Positions 1-11,282 are shown, counted from the stretch's first letter. The stretch is 64,000 bases of DNA from Minisyncoccota bacterium (GCA_040905385.1 JBBDRP010000002.1:149337-213336); one strand, 5' to 3'. Numbers and translations: made by a program. The notes: generated from the letters alone by a model not told the origin.

Positions 1-243
1 AATCTCACTCCTTGTTTTGCGGGCTCGCAGGCCGCCCCTCGGCATCGTTGCGTCGCCAAGCTCCTCACGATATGCCTGCGGCCTTCAATTCCCCCACGAA
101 AGCAAAGCAGTTTGTCGGGAGTCGCCGTTAGGTCTCGAAATGAATAACAAGTGTCCCGTAAAATTCGCTGCGCTCATCACGGGACTACCACGTAAAGGAG
201 CCTCACTGCGTTCGACTCCCGCGGCGGAGCCACGTGATAAAAA

Positions 244-278
244 ACACCACCTTTAGCAGGTGGTGTCTTTTATTTTAC
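244..278. terminator. Bidirectional hairpin terminator (acaccacc-tttagca-ggtggtgt) flanked by T-runs on both strands; lies immediately 3' of the minus-strand tmRNA
   Basis: Perfect 8-bp stem; T-tract follows on the plus strand (cttttatttt) and on the minus strand (ttttttat). Confidence 0.6.
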
Positions 279-279
279 G

Positions 280-676
280 TGGTGGAGATGTCGGGAGTCG
301 AACCCGAGTCCGCGCACGCAGAAGAGGAGACTCTACATGCTATAGCTCGCGTTTGAAATTTAACGGCGAGGGGTAAAACGCGGGCGAACGTAACTCGCCG
401 CGAGCCTCTTTGAATTCAAAATCCGGCTGGAGACACAGCGGATTTCTACTCCCGATGATATATCACTAGCGGTACCCTATCGGGTGTCCGGTACATAGTG
501 GCTTAGGCGTGTATTTACGCGTAAGCGAGTGCAAAGTCATTAGCGCTAAAGTAGCGAGACTGTACACCGGTAGTTTCGTTAGAAGCTACACATATAGGTT
601 CCCGAGGATTTACGTGGATCGAGACCACGAGCATGCACTCACACCTCTGTAGTGCGTGTCGAAGCCGGTCATCCCC
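280..676 (-). ncRNA. ssrA: tmRNA (transfer-messenger RNA, SsrA)
   Basis: On the minus strand the 5' end reads GGGGATGACCGGCTTCGACACG...GGTGTGAGTGCATGCTCG and the 3' end reads GGGTTCGACTCCCGACATCTCCACCA (T-arm plus acceptor with encoded CCA). The acceptor pairing GGGGATG/CATCTCC contains G3-U70. An internal reading frame GCT AAT GAC TTT GCA CTC GCT TAC GCG TAA gives the tag peptide ANDFALAYA, similar to E. coli ANDENYALAA. smpB lies adjacent. Confidence 0.8.
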
Positions 677-712
677 GCTGCAGGGCTAAAGATTATGTAA
701 TAATGAGCACAT

Positions 713-1069
713 ATGAAAATAAATTTACGTGGATTTCTTATTGGTCTTGGTATTTCAATCTGTATTTTAGCGTTACCAGTAATTTATTTCTATTGGTTGA
801 TGCCACACGATTACTTCGCTTCATGTGATAAGGAAGGACAAAAAATTGTAGCCGAGGAAGTTTTGGAAAGACATTGGAAAACAATAACCAGACAAGAGAT
901 TATTCCTGGAAGTTTTTTGCCAAAGTGTGGAACGGTAGACAATCCGACTGACATGGGTAAGTCTGAAGGTCCAATAATGTGGAGTTGTTATGCATGTACG
1001 GGTGAAGTCATAGAAGAGAATGGTCGTAATATGTGCTACGGAACTGCTTACATGTGCTCAGGTATTTAG
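713..1069 (+). CDS. Hypothetical small membrane-anchored Cys-rich protein
   Basis: ORF with N-terminal hydrophobic helix (FLIGLGISICILALPVIYFYWLM); no recognisable family; AT-rich. Confidence 0.4.
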   Translation: MKINLRGFLIGLGISICILALPVIYFYWLMPHDYFASCDKEGQKIVAEEVLERHWKTITRQEIIPGSFLPKCGTVDNPTDMGKSEGPIMWSCYACTGEVIEENGRNMCYGTAYMCSGI

Positions 1070-1098
1070 TATTAGCCACACAGCGTGAACGACCGACA

Positions 1099-1146
1099 AT
1101 GCGAGCTACGGCTAATTACTAACAGCTAAATGCTCGTAGCTCGCAT
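1099..1146. terminator. Inverted repeat (gcgagctacg...cgtagctcgc) between two convergent genes
   Basis: 10-bp perfect inverted repeat seen directly; no strong T-tract. Confidence 0.4.
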
Positions 1147-1592
1147 CAATATTCATTTTTTAAGGTGCGATCGACCTCTCGTTTCATGTCGCGCCGCTTG
1201 ATGTCTTCGCGCTTATCATAGCTCTTTTTCCCGCGTCCGACACCGATCTCTAGCTTGATTCGTCCACCTGAATTATACAAGCGAATGGGTACCAGCGCAA
1301 CCCCGTTTTGCTTCTCATATCCGGCCAGTTCAGCGATCTCATCTGCATGTAGCAGCAGCCGGCGCGTGCGGTAGGTATCAAAATCCTCTGGTGCATTGGC
1401 GGGCTGAAAAGGCGGGATGTGGGCATTAGTCAGCCAAGCCTCGCCACCGCGAACGACGACGTGCGACCCTTTTAGCGAACCCTCTTTCTTGCGAAGGCTT
1501 TTCACCTCAAAGCCAAAGAGCTCGATGCCGGCTTCATACGTCTGTTGTATCGCCACGTCGCGACGGGCGGTTTTGTTTCGTAGCAATGTCAT
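1146..1592 (-). CDS. smpB: SsrA-binding protein SmpB
   Basis: 148 aa; typical SmpB motifs (EAGIELFGFEVKSLR, AHIPPF, RTRRLLLHADEI, GVALVPIRLY, KLEIGVGRGKK, HDKRxxIKRRD); adjacent to the tmRNA gene. Confidence 0.9.
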   Translation of the reverse strand: MTLLRNKTARRDVAIQQTYEAGIELFGFEVKSLRKKEGSLKGSHVVVRGGEAWLTNAHIPPFQPANAPEDFDTYRTRRLLLHADEIAELAGYEKQNGVALVPIRLYNSGGRIKLEIGVGRGKKSYDKREDIKRRDMKREVDRTLKNEY

Positions 1593-1656
1593 TACCGTGA
1601 TTATAACAGGTTAATCTTTTGTGCTCAGCCATCTTTGTGCGTATAATGACTTTCAC

Positions 1657-3579
<1,923 letters not shown>

Positions 3580-3614
3580 TAATCGTGCTTACTATTGATT
3601 TTTTATGCTTTAGA

Positions 3615-3645
3615 CCTCGCCTATTATTCGGCGAGGTTTTTTCTT
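3615..3645 (+). terminator. Rho-independent terminator after ftsH
   Basis: Stem cctcgcc/ggcgagg followed by TTTTTT. Confidence 0.7.
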
Positions 3646-3734
3646 TCTCTAGCCATCTATTCACTTGACATATTAATATAATAAGCTATTATATTAATCA
3701 GAAACAAGAACAGTAATTTAACAATGAGGTTACG

Positions 3735-4283
3735 ATGAAAGTATTAGGTAGAGGTAATTTTACGAAAAATCCGCATCCTGAATCAGACAATAATACACCA
3801 AAGTATCTTCAGGAAATTGATGAAACTTTCAATTTTCTTAAGCTACCAAGCAGGCATGAGGCGCTGAATGAAAATGAAGATATACTCAGGCAGTATCATT
3901 TTCCGTTAATACGAGAAGGTTTCATTTATGGAAGATTGGTTGTCACGAAAGAGAAGGAGTCATTTATTCAGATTCTTCATTTATTTGGTAGCGGTGAGGT
4001 GATTGCCGATATGTGTTGTAAGGAATATCAACTAGGTAAATCACCCTTGGAGGTTGATTGCGAGGCTCTACTGTCGTCTTTTTTGGGAGATACAAAAAAA
4101 GCATACGATGTCTCTAATCAACTTTCTCCAGAAAGGTCAGGTAAGGAGGCTCATCTGCTGGTAGTAGATTACTACAAATGGCTTTATCACAGCCGTGTCG
4201 CAGAAGAGGAGAGAAAATCAGATGATTTTCCGGCTCTCACTGAAAAGCAGATTAATCGGCTGCGAATTTTTCTGAATAAGTAA
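3735..4283 (+). CDS. Hypothetical protein
   Basis: 182-aa ORF in an AT-rich segment; no recognisable motifs; followed by a terminator. Confidence 0.45.
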   Translation: MKVLGRGNFTKNPHPESDNNTPKYLQEIDETFNFLKLPSRHEALNENEDILRQYHFPLIREGFIYGRLVVTKEKESFIQILHLFGSGEVIADMCCKEYQLGKSPLEVDCEALLSSFLGDTKKAYDVSNQLSPERSGKEAHLLVVDYYKWLYHSRVAEEERKSDDFPALTEKQINRLRIFLNK

Positions 4284-4296
4284 CCATAATTCACAA

Positions 4297-4328
4297 AGCT
4301 GCCCTGGCTATCCCGGGCAGCTTTTTTA
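4297..4328 (+). terminator. Rho-independent terminator (agctgccc...gggcagct + TTTTTT)
   Basis: GC-rich hairpin plus T6 seen directly. Confidence 0.65.
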
Positions 4329-4331
4329 TAT

Positions 4332-6152
4332 CTAAAACGCCTCAGCGAGTCGTATTGAGTCTATGACCGGTCGTAGCATCCAGCGCGTTACTGCCCGCAG
4401 GGATTCGTGCTTGCTGATATAGTCAGCTATCGGCGGGCTGACAGTGTAGTAGGCGGCTACGAGCCCGCGTCCGAATCTGGATTCGAGAAGTACGGTATCA
4501 CGAAAGTCTCGAAGTACATCAATTTCGCTTGCAAGAGCTGTACCAAAGGCAGCTGTTGCGATAAAGCAGCCACCACCGCCAGAGCCTCCTCGAGTTCTTC
4601 CGTCGGTGTCAGGAACAATCTTTGCTTGGCAGGATACAGCCGTTTCCTCTCCGGTCACTGCTTCGATATCTGCGCTGGCTGTCTTTACACCCGAAGACGT
4701 GTAGGCAACCGAGGCAGTAGGTGAGCTTGTAGAGAGCCCGCCACTTCCTTTCCAGAATACAGAGGTAGTCGCTACGACTTTATTATCAGCATTGTGTCGG
4801 GAAGACGGATGCACATCGACACTCCAGTGAACACGGTCACCAATCTCAAAGTCATATCCATTTACGTTGCAGCTAAATCTCTGCAGTGTACTGGTGGCGC
4901 TAGTGGAGTCCTCTTCGGGAATTTCGATATTGCAAGAAAGCTCTGCATCATGTGGCCCGGATTCTACTAGTACAGTAGCTGATTTTTCTCCAGCGTCATC
5001 GCGGTCATAGGTCTGCTTAAATTGAGAGGACGAACTAACAACCTCACCATCGATTTCCCATCTATATTCATATGGTCGGTTTGTTTCACCGCCATTGATA
5101 TTTGAATTCCAATGGATCTGAACCTCGTCGTCGAAAATGCGCATTTGGACACTACAGGAACCTTTTAGCGGTGGGGTAATAATATTGATTACTTGTTGGC
5201 ACTGAATTGTTTCTTCGCGAGTTTCCTCATCATTGATTCTAGAACTTACGTCAAAACGAGCTGTTTTCTGACCTTCTGTATCATAGGTAGTCGAGATTTC
5301 CCGTCCTCGTCGAGAGATTCCATCAATTTCCCAGTCGTACCGATAGTTTCCGAAGCCTCCAACCGCAAAGGCCTTCCATTTAATCTGTTGATTGGTCATG
5401 ACCGTTTCCTGGGCTTCAAATACAAGCTCTGGTCGATCTTGATGAGAAGTAGAAACTTGGCAGGATCCAGATAATGGTGCATGGGGAAATTTTTCATAAA
5501 TGGCCTTTTGTAGCACCGGGAAGGTTCTAAGAGTTACAACACTGTAACCACGAGCATTTGGATGGATTCGGTCGCTTAAAGTGTACTCAGATCGAAACAC
5601 AATTTCATTAATAGCGTCTGGCATGAAGTACACATTCGTATCATTGGCTAAATTTCTAAATTCGCTCGTATAGTCAACAAATGTATAACCAGGAATATCA
5701 TAGGAGCCATGACCGAGAAGCACCACGGTAATTTCAGCCTCTTGTAGTCGATCGATTATTTCCCTTAGATTGGCAAAGGTTTCCTCTGCTGGTACGCGGC
5801 CATCATTATCAAAATCAGGAATTAAGTCAGCTCCGCCTCCATACAGAATCACGATATCCGGATCTTCACTCAATACCCGGTCCTGTAAATTATTCAAAAG
5901 TATTTCTGTCTCAGCTCCGTTTTGCCCTCTGTTAATAACGGTGTATTCGCTGCCCATCAGCCGCCCTAGTTGACCAGGAAGTGTTAGGGAATTGGTAACA
6001 CTTAAGCCCTCGATCAAACTATCACCGTAGGCGATTATTTTTGGTGCGGGGGATTGTGCGTGAGTGGTGTCAGATATAAAAAAGGCGGCAGCAATACCAA
6101 TTACAAGCAAGAGACCAAAAAGCAGTCGTGTAACTGTGATTATGGCTTTCAT
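4332..6152 (-). CDS. Secreted SGNH/GDSL hydrolase-domain protein with tandem beta-rich repeat domains and a C-terminal GGCFIATAAFG-type sorting-like domain
   Basis: Signal peptide; GDSL block I (IIAYGDSLIEG), GGADL, block V (DRIHPNARGY); internal repeats (QIKWKAF.../EYRWEIDG...); C-terminus GGSGGGGCFIATAAFGTALASEIDVLRDFRD... Confidence 0.7.
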   Translation of the reverse strand: MKAIITVTRLLFGLLLVIGIAAAFFISDTTHAQSPAPKIIAYGDSLIEGLSVTNSLTLPGQLGRLMGSEYTVINRGQNGAETEILLNNLQDRVLSEDPDIVILYGGGADLIPDFDNDGRVPAEETFANLREIIDRLQEAEITVVLLGHGSYDIPGYTFVDYTSEFRNLANDTNVYFMPDAINEIVFRSEYTLSDRIHPNARGYSVVTLRTFPVLQKAIYEKFPHAPLSGSCQVSTSHQDRPELVFEAQETVMTNQQIKWKAFAVGGFGNYRYDWEIDGISRRGREISTTYDTEGQKTARFDVSSRINDEETREETIQCQQVINIITPPLKGSCSVQMRIFDDEVQIHWNSNINGGETNRPYEYRWEIDGEVVSSSSQFKQTYDRDDAGEKSATVLVESGPHDAELSCNIEIPEEDSTSATSTLQRFSCNVNGYDFEIGDRVHWSVDVHPSSRHNADNKVVATTSVFWKGSGGLSTSSPTASVAYTSSGVKTASADIEAVTGEETAVSCQAKIVPDTDGRTRGGSGGGGCFIATAAFGTALASEIDVLRDFRDTVLLESRFGRGLVAAYYTVSPPIADYISKHESLRAVTRWMLRPVIDSIRLAEAF

Positions 6153-6223
6153 ATACTATTGATAATGTCATTTTTAAGTTGTATTGTCAATGCGATGTCA
6201 GTCCTTTAACTACATAAAATAAG

Positions 6224-6297
6224 TGCGCCCACCTGGATTTGAACCAGGGACCACGGCTGTATAAGAACCGCGCTCTACCAGACTGAGCTATAGGCGC
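6224..6297 (-). tRNA. tRNA-Ile (anticodon UAU)
   Basis: Hand-folded cloverleaf: acceptor GCGCCTA/TGGGCGC, D-arm GCTC-AGTCTGGTA-GAGC, anticodon stem CGGTT/AGCCG with loop CTTATAC (U33, anticodon TAT, A37), T-arm CCTGG-TTCAAAT-CCAGG; CCA not encoded. Confidence 0.65.
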
Positions 6298-6421
6298 ACT
6301 TATTTAACGAGTGCTGATTGATGCTGAGCATCTAAATAGTACGTCAGATAGGGGATTAATTCAATTTCTAAGAAGCTGCGTTTTTCAGATGTGTAATTCT
6401 TATATGCTAGTATAGGTCTGT

Positions 6422-7747
6422 ATGAATATAAAATTTACGCAAAGAACATTTATCATTATTGCAATTGTTGGAATTATGAGCAGTCCGATTTTTGTTTCTG
6501 CAGCCGATGATACTGATAAAGAGATATTTTCAGAAATATTACAAACAGCTACCTCTATTGTATTGGATATGCAGAATTCAGTCCGTAACGGTGATGGTGA
6601 GGTTAAAGGAGTACAGGATCAGCAGAATCTTCAGTTGACACTGAGTGCTTTAGACAAGACAGAGATGCGAGTTCAGATAATACAGCTTAAATACATTCTT
6701 CAGGGTTTAGTGGCTCAAATTAGTAATCGATCAATCGATTTATCTTCCTTGCGTGGTGATGTTGCTCATCTTAAAGATGTAGCTCTGAAGGCTCAAAATC
6801 ACCTCTCTTCAACTGATGCAAGAATAGCAAAGAATGAAGCAAGCCAGTTTCTGTCCTTAACCAGAGTTCTCTCTGAAGTTGCCGAAAAGAACAGTTCCTC
6901 AGTATTCAAGGATAATCTGGAAAAAACTGAAGAGGTAGTAACTCAGCTCCAGGAGAGCATTCGGGAAGCACTGGATGGAAACACAGTTAATCCAGGTGAC
7001 GATTCAAGCGATGAAGCAGAGACAATGTTTAGGTTCGAAAAAGATTATGCTGATTCGGGAGATCAGGTGTATTACCAGCACAGTATTGGGGTAGCGTATA
7101 AACAAACTCCAGATTGGGCGTACAACTATACCCTCGAATTTAAATGTGAAGATGTCGACATATTCCAAAAAGCAACCGGAGACATAGGTTGTAATGAATC
7201 TCTGAAATACAAATCAAATGGATCAAAAGAAACAAAGCGTCACGCCATAAAAATAGACAACCTGAGTAACTCCACGCAGGAGATTGAAGCAATTCTTGTA
7301 GTTACTGATAATGCTTCAGGGAAAGAAATTGGTCGTGCGAACGATGCGGTTGCTGTGCGGAAGAAAGGCACCAAAGGGCTTTTACAGGGTGTCTCAAAAC
7401 CGGACATTGAGCTAAGTCTAGAATCACGACGTGGCAGTGGGGATTGGGTTGGCTACTACGCTACCTGGGATGTTGCCAGTGAGGAAGAATCGGAGGTTGA
7501 TAAGTATAAGGTAACAACTCTACGGGAGGATATTAATGGTAAGGCTACGACAGTTGAATTTACGGAGGGTAACTCAATGTCAAGGCTTAACCCCAACGCT
7601 GGTGAAGATGATGGGTACTGTTACTATTTCTTCGTGCGAGTTGATGCTCTTGATCGTTCTGGAGACATAATCGCCACAGATAATGAGTCTGGTTGCTACA
7701 TGGCTGATGAAGAAAATGAGCCAGGAATCAATCCGCACAAAGGATAG
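6422..7747 (+). CDS. Hypothetical secreted protein (signal peptide, coiled-coil N-terminal half)
   Basis: 441-aa ORF with an N-terminal hydrophobic signal (FIIIAIVGIMSSPIFVSA); no family recognised. Confidence 0.45.
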   Translation: MNIKFTQRTFIIIAIVGIMSSPIFVSAADDTDKEIFSEILQTATSIVLDMQNSVRNGDGEVKGVQDQQNLQLTLSALDKTEMRVQIIQLKYILQGLVAQISNRSIDLSSLRGDVAHLKDVALKAQNHLSSTDARIAKNEASQFLSLTRVLSEVAEKNSSSVFKDNLEKTEEVVTQLQESIREALDGNTVNPGDDSSDEAETMFRFEKDYADSGDQVYYQHSIGVAYKQTPDWAYNYTLEFKCEDVDIFQKATGDIGCNESLKYKSNGSKETKRHAIKIDNLSNSTQEIEAILVVTDNASGKEIGRANDAVAVRKKGTKGLLQGVSKPDIELSLESRRGSGDWVGYYATWDVASEEESEVDKYKVTTLREDINGKATTVEFTEGNSMSRLNPNAGEDDGYCYYFFVRVDALDRSGDIIATDNESGCYMADEENEPGINPHKG

Positions 7748-7875
7748 AGGTAATTACAATTAAAATTAAGAGATTTCAAAAAATTTTTTTGAGTAATTTT
7801 TACTCTACCTTATCTGATAATCACTCCGTTCAGGAACCCAGCCTTTTACCGGGAAAGAGCTGGGTTGTTCGTTAT

Positions 7876-10008
7876 TTACTCGAAATGTGCCATGTTGCGC
7901 AACGGGGCTACACGTGCCTCGGTGTCTGGGTGCTTTGCCAGCTGCGGATCTTCATCCAGCAGGGCAGCGGCCGCACTACCGGCTCGTTCAACCAGTGGTA
8001 GATTCTCCAGCGCCGCCATGGCGATGTCGGCCAGCCCGGACTGGCGAGCGCCGATCAGCGCACCAGGGCCGCGAATCTTCAGATCAGCCTGTGCTAGCTC
8101 GAAGCCATCGTTTGATTTCTCCAGCGCCTCCAGCCGCTTCTTGGTGCGCTCAGCTTTAATATCAGCAAAGAGAAAGCAGTGGGCTGCCATCTCGCTACGC
8201 TCCACGCGCCCACGCAGCTGGTGCAGCTGGGCCAGGCCGAAGTTCTCAGCATTTTCAATAATAATGGTGGTGGCGTTGGGAACATTCACCCCGACCTCGA
8301 CCACCGAGGTGGAGACAAGAATATCAATTTCGCCAGCGTCGAAGGTGTTCATGATCTCCTCCTTCTCTTTGTTGTTTATCCTCCCGTGGAGAGTACCGAC
8401 AGAGAAGTCAGGGAACTCTTTTTTCATCCGCTTTGTCATCTCCTCGACCGACATGGCATCTCGCGCATACCGATCATTTTCATCTGCCTTATCAATCTGC
8501 GAGCAGATCACGTACGCCTGCCGACCGGCCGATAGTTTCTCGCGTACCTTTTGGTACACATCCGGTCGATCATCGTCTGACACGACGGTGGTCTCGGCGC
8601 TTTGGCGGTTCAGGGGGCGTTCATCCAGGATGGACAGGTCTAGGTCGCCGTAGGCGGTTAGTGCCAGCGTGCGCGGAATCGGGGTGGCTGTCATGGAAAG
8701 TAGGTGGGGGAGCGGACCGTCTTTTTTGACTAGCTCGGCCCGCTGGTTGATACCAAACCGATGCTGCTCGTCGATTATCACGTAGGCGAGGTCCTTGAAC
8801 TGAACTTCCTTTTGAATCAATGAGTGCGTACCAACCAGCATCGAGATGACGCCTTCTTTAATCCATTTCAGTAGCTGGTTGCGAGAGATATCGGTTGCTT
8901 TTGTGTCATCAATTTTCGACGGAAACTTTCGGCAGCCGGATCCGGTAATCAGCGCCATCTCGATGGGAAGGTGGGCAAACATTTCAACAAAGCTGGCAAA
9001 CTGCTGGCGGGCTAGAATCTCGGTCGGTGCCATGTAGGCAACCTGTAGATTTCCAAAATCCCGACCCTTCGGTGGCGTATTCACAACACCGTAGGCGGTA
9101 GCGGCGGCCACAAAGGTCTTACCACTTCCAACATCACCTTCCAGTAGCCGGCTCATGGCATTATCGCTGGAGAGGTCATGGAGTACTTCCTCTATACTGC
9201 GTTGCTGTGCGTCGGTAGGGTCGAACTCGAAGCGATCGAAAAAGTCAGCCAAATCGTCGTAGCTCATCTGAATCTGGTAGCTTTCCTGATCGTCCAGCTG
9301 GCGTCGCAGCTGTTTTTTGGCTACCTGTACAGAAAACACTTCCTCAAAGGCAAAGCGTTTCTGGGCGACCTCGGCGTGCTGGATGCGTTTGGGGGCGTGG
9401 ATCCAGACCATGGCTGCCTTTATATCTGGTAGGTTAAGCTCCTCGCGGACTGGGCTGGGAATCGGATCACGCAGCTCGTCCAGTACATCGCCCTCTGAAA
9501 GAATCTGCTGAATTTTATGATAGATCCACTGGCTGGAGATGTCGCGCGTGCTGGGGTAGACGGGCAGCACAAAGCGGCCACCGGTGATATCAATCTCATC
9601 AACCGAGATCTTCTTGAACTCTGGGTTGGCGACCTCCAGCTTGCCACCTTTTTTCTTGAAGGTGCCGGTTAGTTTCACCGGCTGCTCGTCCTCGACCATC
9701 TTGGATATGTAGGCCTGGTGAAACCAGACGGCCGCCACACTACCGGTTCCGTCCTCCAACGTGCCGGTCGTCATCGGAATTCCTTGTCGGCGACTCTTCT
9801 TTGTCTGCAGGTTTTTTAGACGACCAAAAACGGTAACCTTCATATCGTCTTCCAGATCCTTGATCAGCACCGTCTGCTCGCGGTTGATGTACCGGCTTGG
9901 GAAGTGACGCAGCAGCTGGTTCACCGTCTGTATCCCAAGGGTTTCCAGCCCGTTTCTCTGTTTCGCCTGTAGCCGAAAGGCATCTGTAAGTAAGGTATCG
10001 AGGTTCAT
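7876..10008 (-). CDS. recG: ATP-dependent DNA helicase RecG
   Basis: 710 aa; wedge/OB N-terminal region; helicase motif I (GDVGSGKT), motif II (DEQHRFG), motif VI (QLHQLRGRVER). Confidence 0.88.
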   Translation of the reverse strand: MNLDTLLTDAFRLQAKQRNGLETLGIQTVNQLLRHFPSRYINREQTVLIKDLEDDMKVTVFGRLKNLQTKKSRRQGIPMTTGTLEDGTGSVAAVWFHQAYISKMVEDEQPVKLTGTFKKKGGKLEVANPEFKKISVDEIDITGGRFVLPVYPSTRDISSQWIYHKIQQILSEGDVLDELRDPIPSPVREELNLPDIKAAMVWIHAPKRIQHAEVAQKRFAFEEVFSVQVAKKQLRRQLDDQESYQIQMSYDDLADFFDRFEFDPTDAQQRSIEEVLHDLSSDNAMSRLLEGDVGSGKTFVAAATAYGVVNTPPKGRDFGNLQVAYMAPTEILARQQFASFVEMFAHLPIEMALITGSGCRKFPSKIDDTKATDISRNQLLKWIKEGVISMLVGTHSLIQKEVQFKDLAYVIIDEQHRFGINQRAELVKKDGPLPHLLSMTATPIPRTLALTAYGDLDLSILDERPLNRQSAETTVVSDDDRPDVYQKVREKLSAGRQAYVICSQIDKADENDRYARDAMSVEEMTKRMKKEFPDFSVGTLHGRINNKEKEEIMNTFDAGEIDILVSTSVVEVGVNVPNATTIIIENAENFGLAQLHQLRGRVERSEMAAHCFLFADIKAERTKKRLEALEKSNDGFELAQADLKIRGPGALIGARQSGLADIAMAALENLPLVERAGSAAAALLDEDPQLAKHPDTEARVAPLRNMAHFE

Positions 10009-10012
10009 GATG

Positions 10013-10870
10013 TTAGTCGCTGGTTTTATACTGCCCGTTACTGTGGGTCAAAAATCCCTCCTTTTCGAGCTGTTTCAAATTACGCTCAACCGACTGCATG
10101 CGCTCGTTCTCCGCAATCAGCTCGGAAAACTCCTGCTGGATATCCGCCTCCTTAACCGGCTCGTGTTTCAGGACGAAGCGGGTTAGCTCGGCGCGCAGCT
10201 GCCGGTTGGACCCGACAAACTTCGACTGCTTCTGGTAGCTTTGGCTTTGGTTATTTATATTACCAACAGTGCTTTTTAGGTGAGCTCCGTAATCCATTAA
10301 CGCCCAGTACCACTCCTTGATATTTTTGTTCGGCAGTGTCTCCGCCACAAGCTCTTTAATATCATCATCACTAACATTCTCCGCGTTAGGCAGGAAGTGA
10401 TGGATAAAGACGGTACGAATATTTGTCTCCACAAACACCACCGGCTGCTGGTAGACAAATGCCTGCAGGGCACCGGCGGTGTAGGGACCGACACCTGGTA
10501 GGCTTAGCAGGTCTTCCTCGGTGTCTGGAAGCTGGCCGTTATATTTACCTGCCACCATTTCGCAGGCCCCCTTTACATACAGAGCCCGGCGGTTGTAGCC
10601 CAAACCCTGCCACCCTAAAAGCACCTCATTTTTCGGTGCTCGGGCGAGGCTTTCAAAGTCAGGAAACTTTTTCAGCCACGCATTGTATTTTGGCACTACC
10701 CGTGGTGCCTGTGTCTGCTGCAGCATCATCTCGGAAATATAAATCGCATACGGGTCCTCGGTCCGTCTCCACGGGAGATCATGCCGACCATTGCTATCGT
10801 AAAAATCCCAGACAAGCTGTTGAAATTCGGCTGGTTTCATTAGTTGTATTATAACCCTTCTCTTTCTCAC
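10013..10870 (-). CDS. HhH-GPD base-excision DNA glycosylase, MutY/EndoIII-like, lacking the 4Fe-4S cysteine cluster
   Basis: N-terminal LPWR...DPY.I.ISEMMLQQT and GLGYNRRA plus LPGVGPYTAG helix-hairpin-helix; no cysteines downstream of the HhH-GPD domain. Confidence 0.7.
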   Translation of the reverse strand: MRKRRVIIQLMKPAEFQQLVWDFYDSNGRHDLPWRRTEDPYAIYISEMMLQQTQAPRVVPKYNAWLKKFPDFESLARAPKNEVLLGWQGLGYNRRALYVKGACEMVAGKYNGQLPDTEEDLLSLPGVGPYTAGALQAFVYQQPVVFVETNIRTVFIHHFLPNAENVSDDDIKELVAETLPNKNIKEWYWALMDYGAHLKSTVGNINNQSQSYQKQSKFVGSNRQLRAELTRFVLKHEPVKEADIQQEFSELIAENERMQSVERNLKQLEKEGFLTHSNGQYKTSD

Positions 10871-10884
10871 TCATTTCGCTTGTT

Positions 10885-10903
10885 GCGGAGGGGGAGGGAT
10901 TCG
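10885..10903. repeat. 19-nt direct duplicate of the 3' end of tRNA-Ser (gcggagggggagggattcg), 22 nt beyond the gene end
   Basis: Identical 19-mer at 10885-10903 and 10925-10943. Confidence 0.8.
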
Positions 10904-10925
10904 GTCACGAATATTACGAACAGAG

Positions 10926-11014
10926 CGGAGGGGGAGGGATTCGAACCCTCGGTACCCGTAAAGGCACACGTCCTTAGCAGGGACGCACAATCGACCAGAC
11001 TCTGTCACCCCTCC
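10926..11014 (-). tRNA. tRNA-Ser (anticodon GCU), class II with long variable arm
   Basis: Acceptor GGAGGGG/CCCCTCC, anticodon stem CGTCC/GGACG with loop CTGCTAA, long variable arm, T-arm GAGGG-TTCGAAT-CCCTC. Confidence 0.8.
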
Positions 11015-11136
11015 GCTCTAACCGTAATTGGATTGTAAAAAAGATCAGGATTCTGCCACACATAAATTTTCTGACGAAAATTTTGTGTCGCCACATCTCG
11101 CGATCTTCGCCTTCAGCACAGCTGAAACTCAGATAA

Positions 11137-11187
11137 CGCTCCGATTCTGAAATCTCACTACAAAGCAAAGCAGTTTGCTTTGTAGAG
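11137..11187. repeat. Extended palindrome (ctgaaatc...ctacaaagcaaa-gcag-tttgctttgtag...gatttcag)
   Basis: 12-bp perfect inner stem plus 8-bp outer inverted repeat seen directly. Confidence 0.6.
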
Positions 11188-11189
11188 TT

Positions 11190-11265
11190 GATTTCAGCCC
11201 TCGGTGGTTGTAAAGCACACGGACCTTAATGGGACGCACAATCGACCAGACTCTGTCACCTCTCC
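11190..11265 (-). pseudogene. Truncated, degenerate copy of tRNA-Ser (5' acceptor strand through the T-loop; anticodon stem disrupted; no 3' end)
   Basis: About 70 nt, near-identical to positions 1-70 of the tRNA-Ser at 10926-11014 (for example acgcacaatcgaccagactctgtcacc), diverging within the T-loop. Confidence 0.7.
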
Positions 11266-11282
11266 ATATATAATTGAATTTG

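Noticed and set aside
17-256. 79-aa ORF at the window start
   Set aside because: Low-complexity (Pro/Arg/Ser-rich) translation, and the region folds into RNA-like nested stems followed by a terminator. More likely non-coding or the 3' flank of an upstream feature.
7865-9647. Plus-strand ORFs overlapping recG (7865-8653 at 262 aa, 7887-8159, 8179-8535, 8433-8729, 9317-9511 and others)
   Set aside because: These are GC-rich antisense frames of the recG coding region with Ala/Arg/Ser-rich low-complexity translations and no motifs. RecG on the minus strand explains the region.
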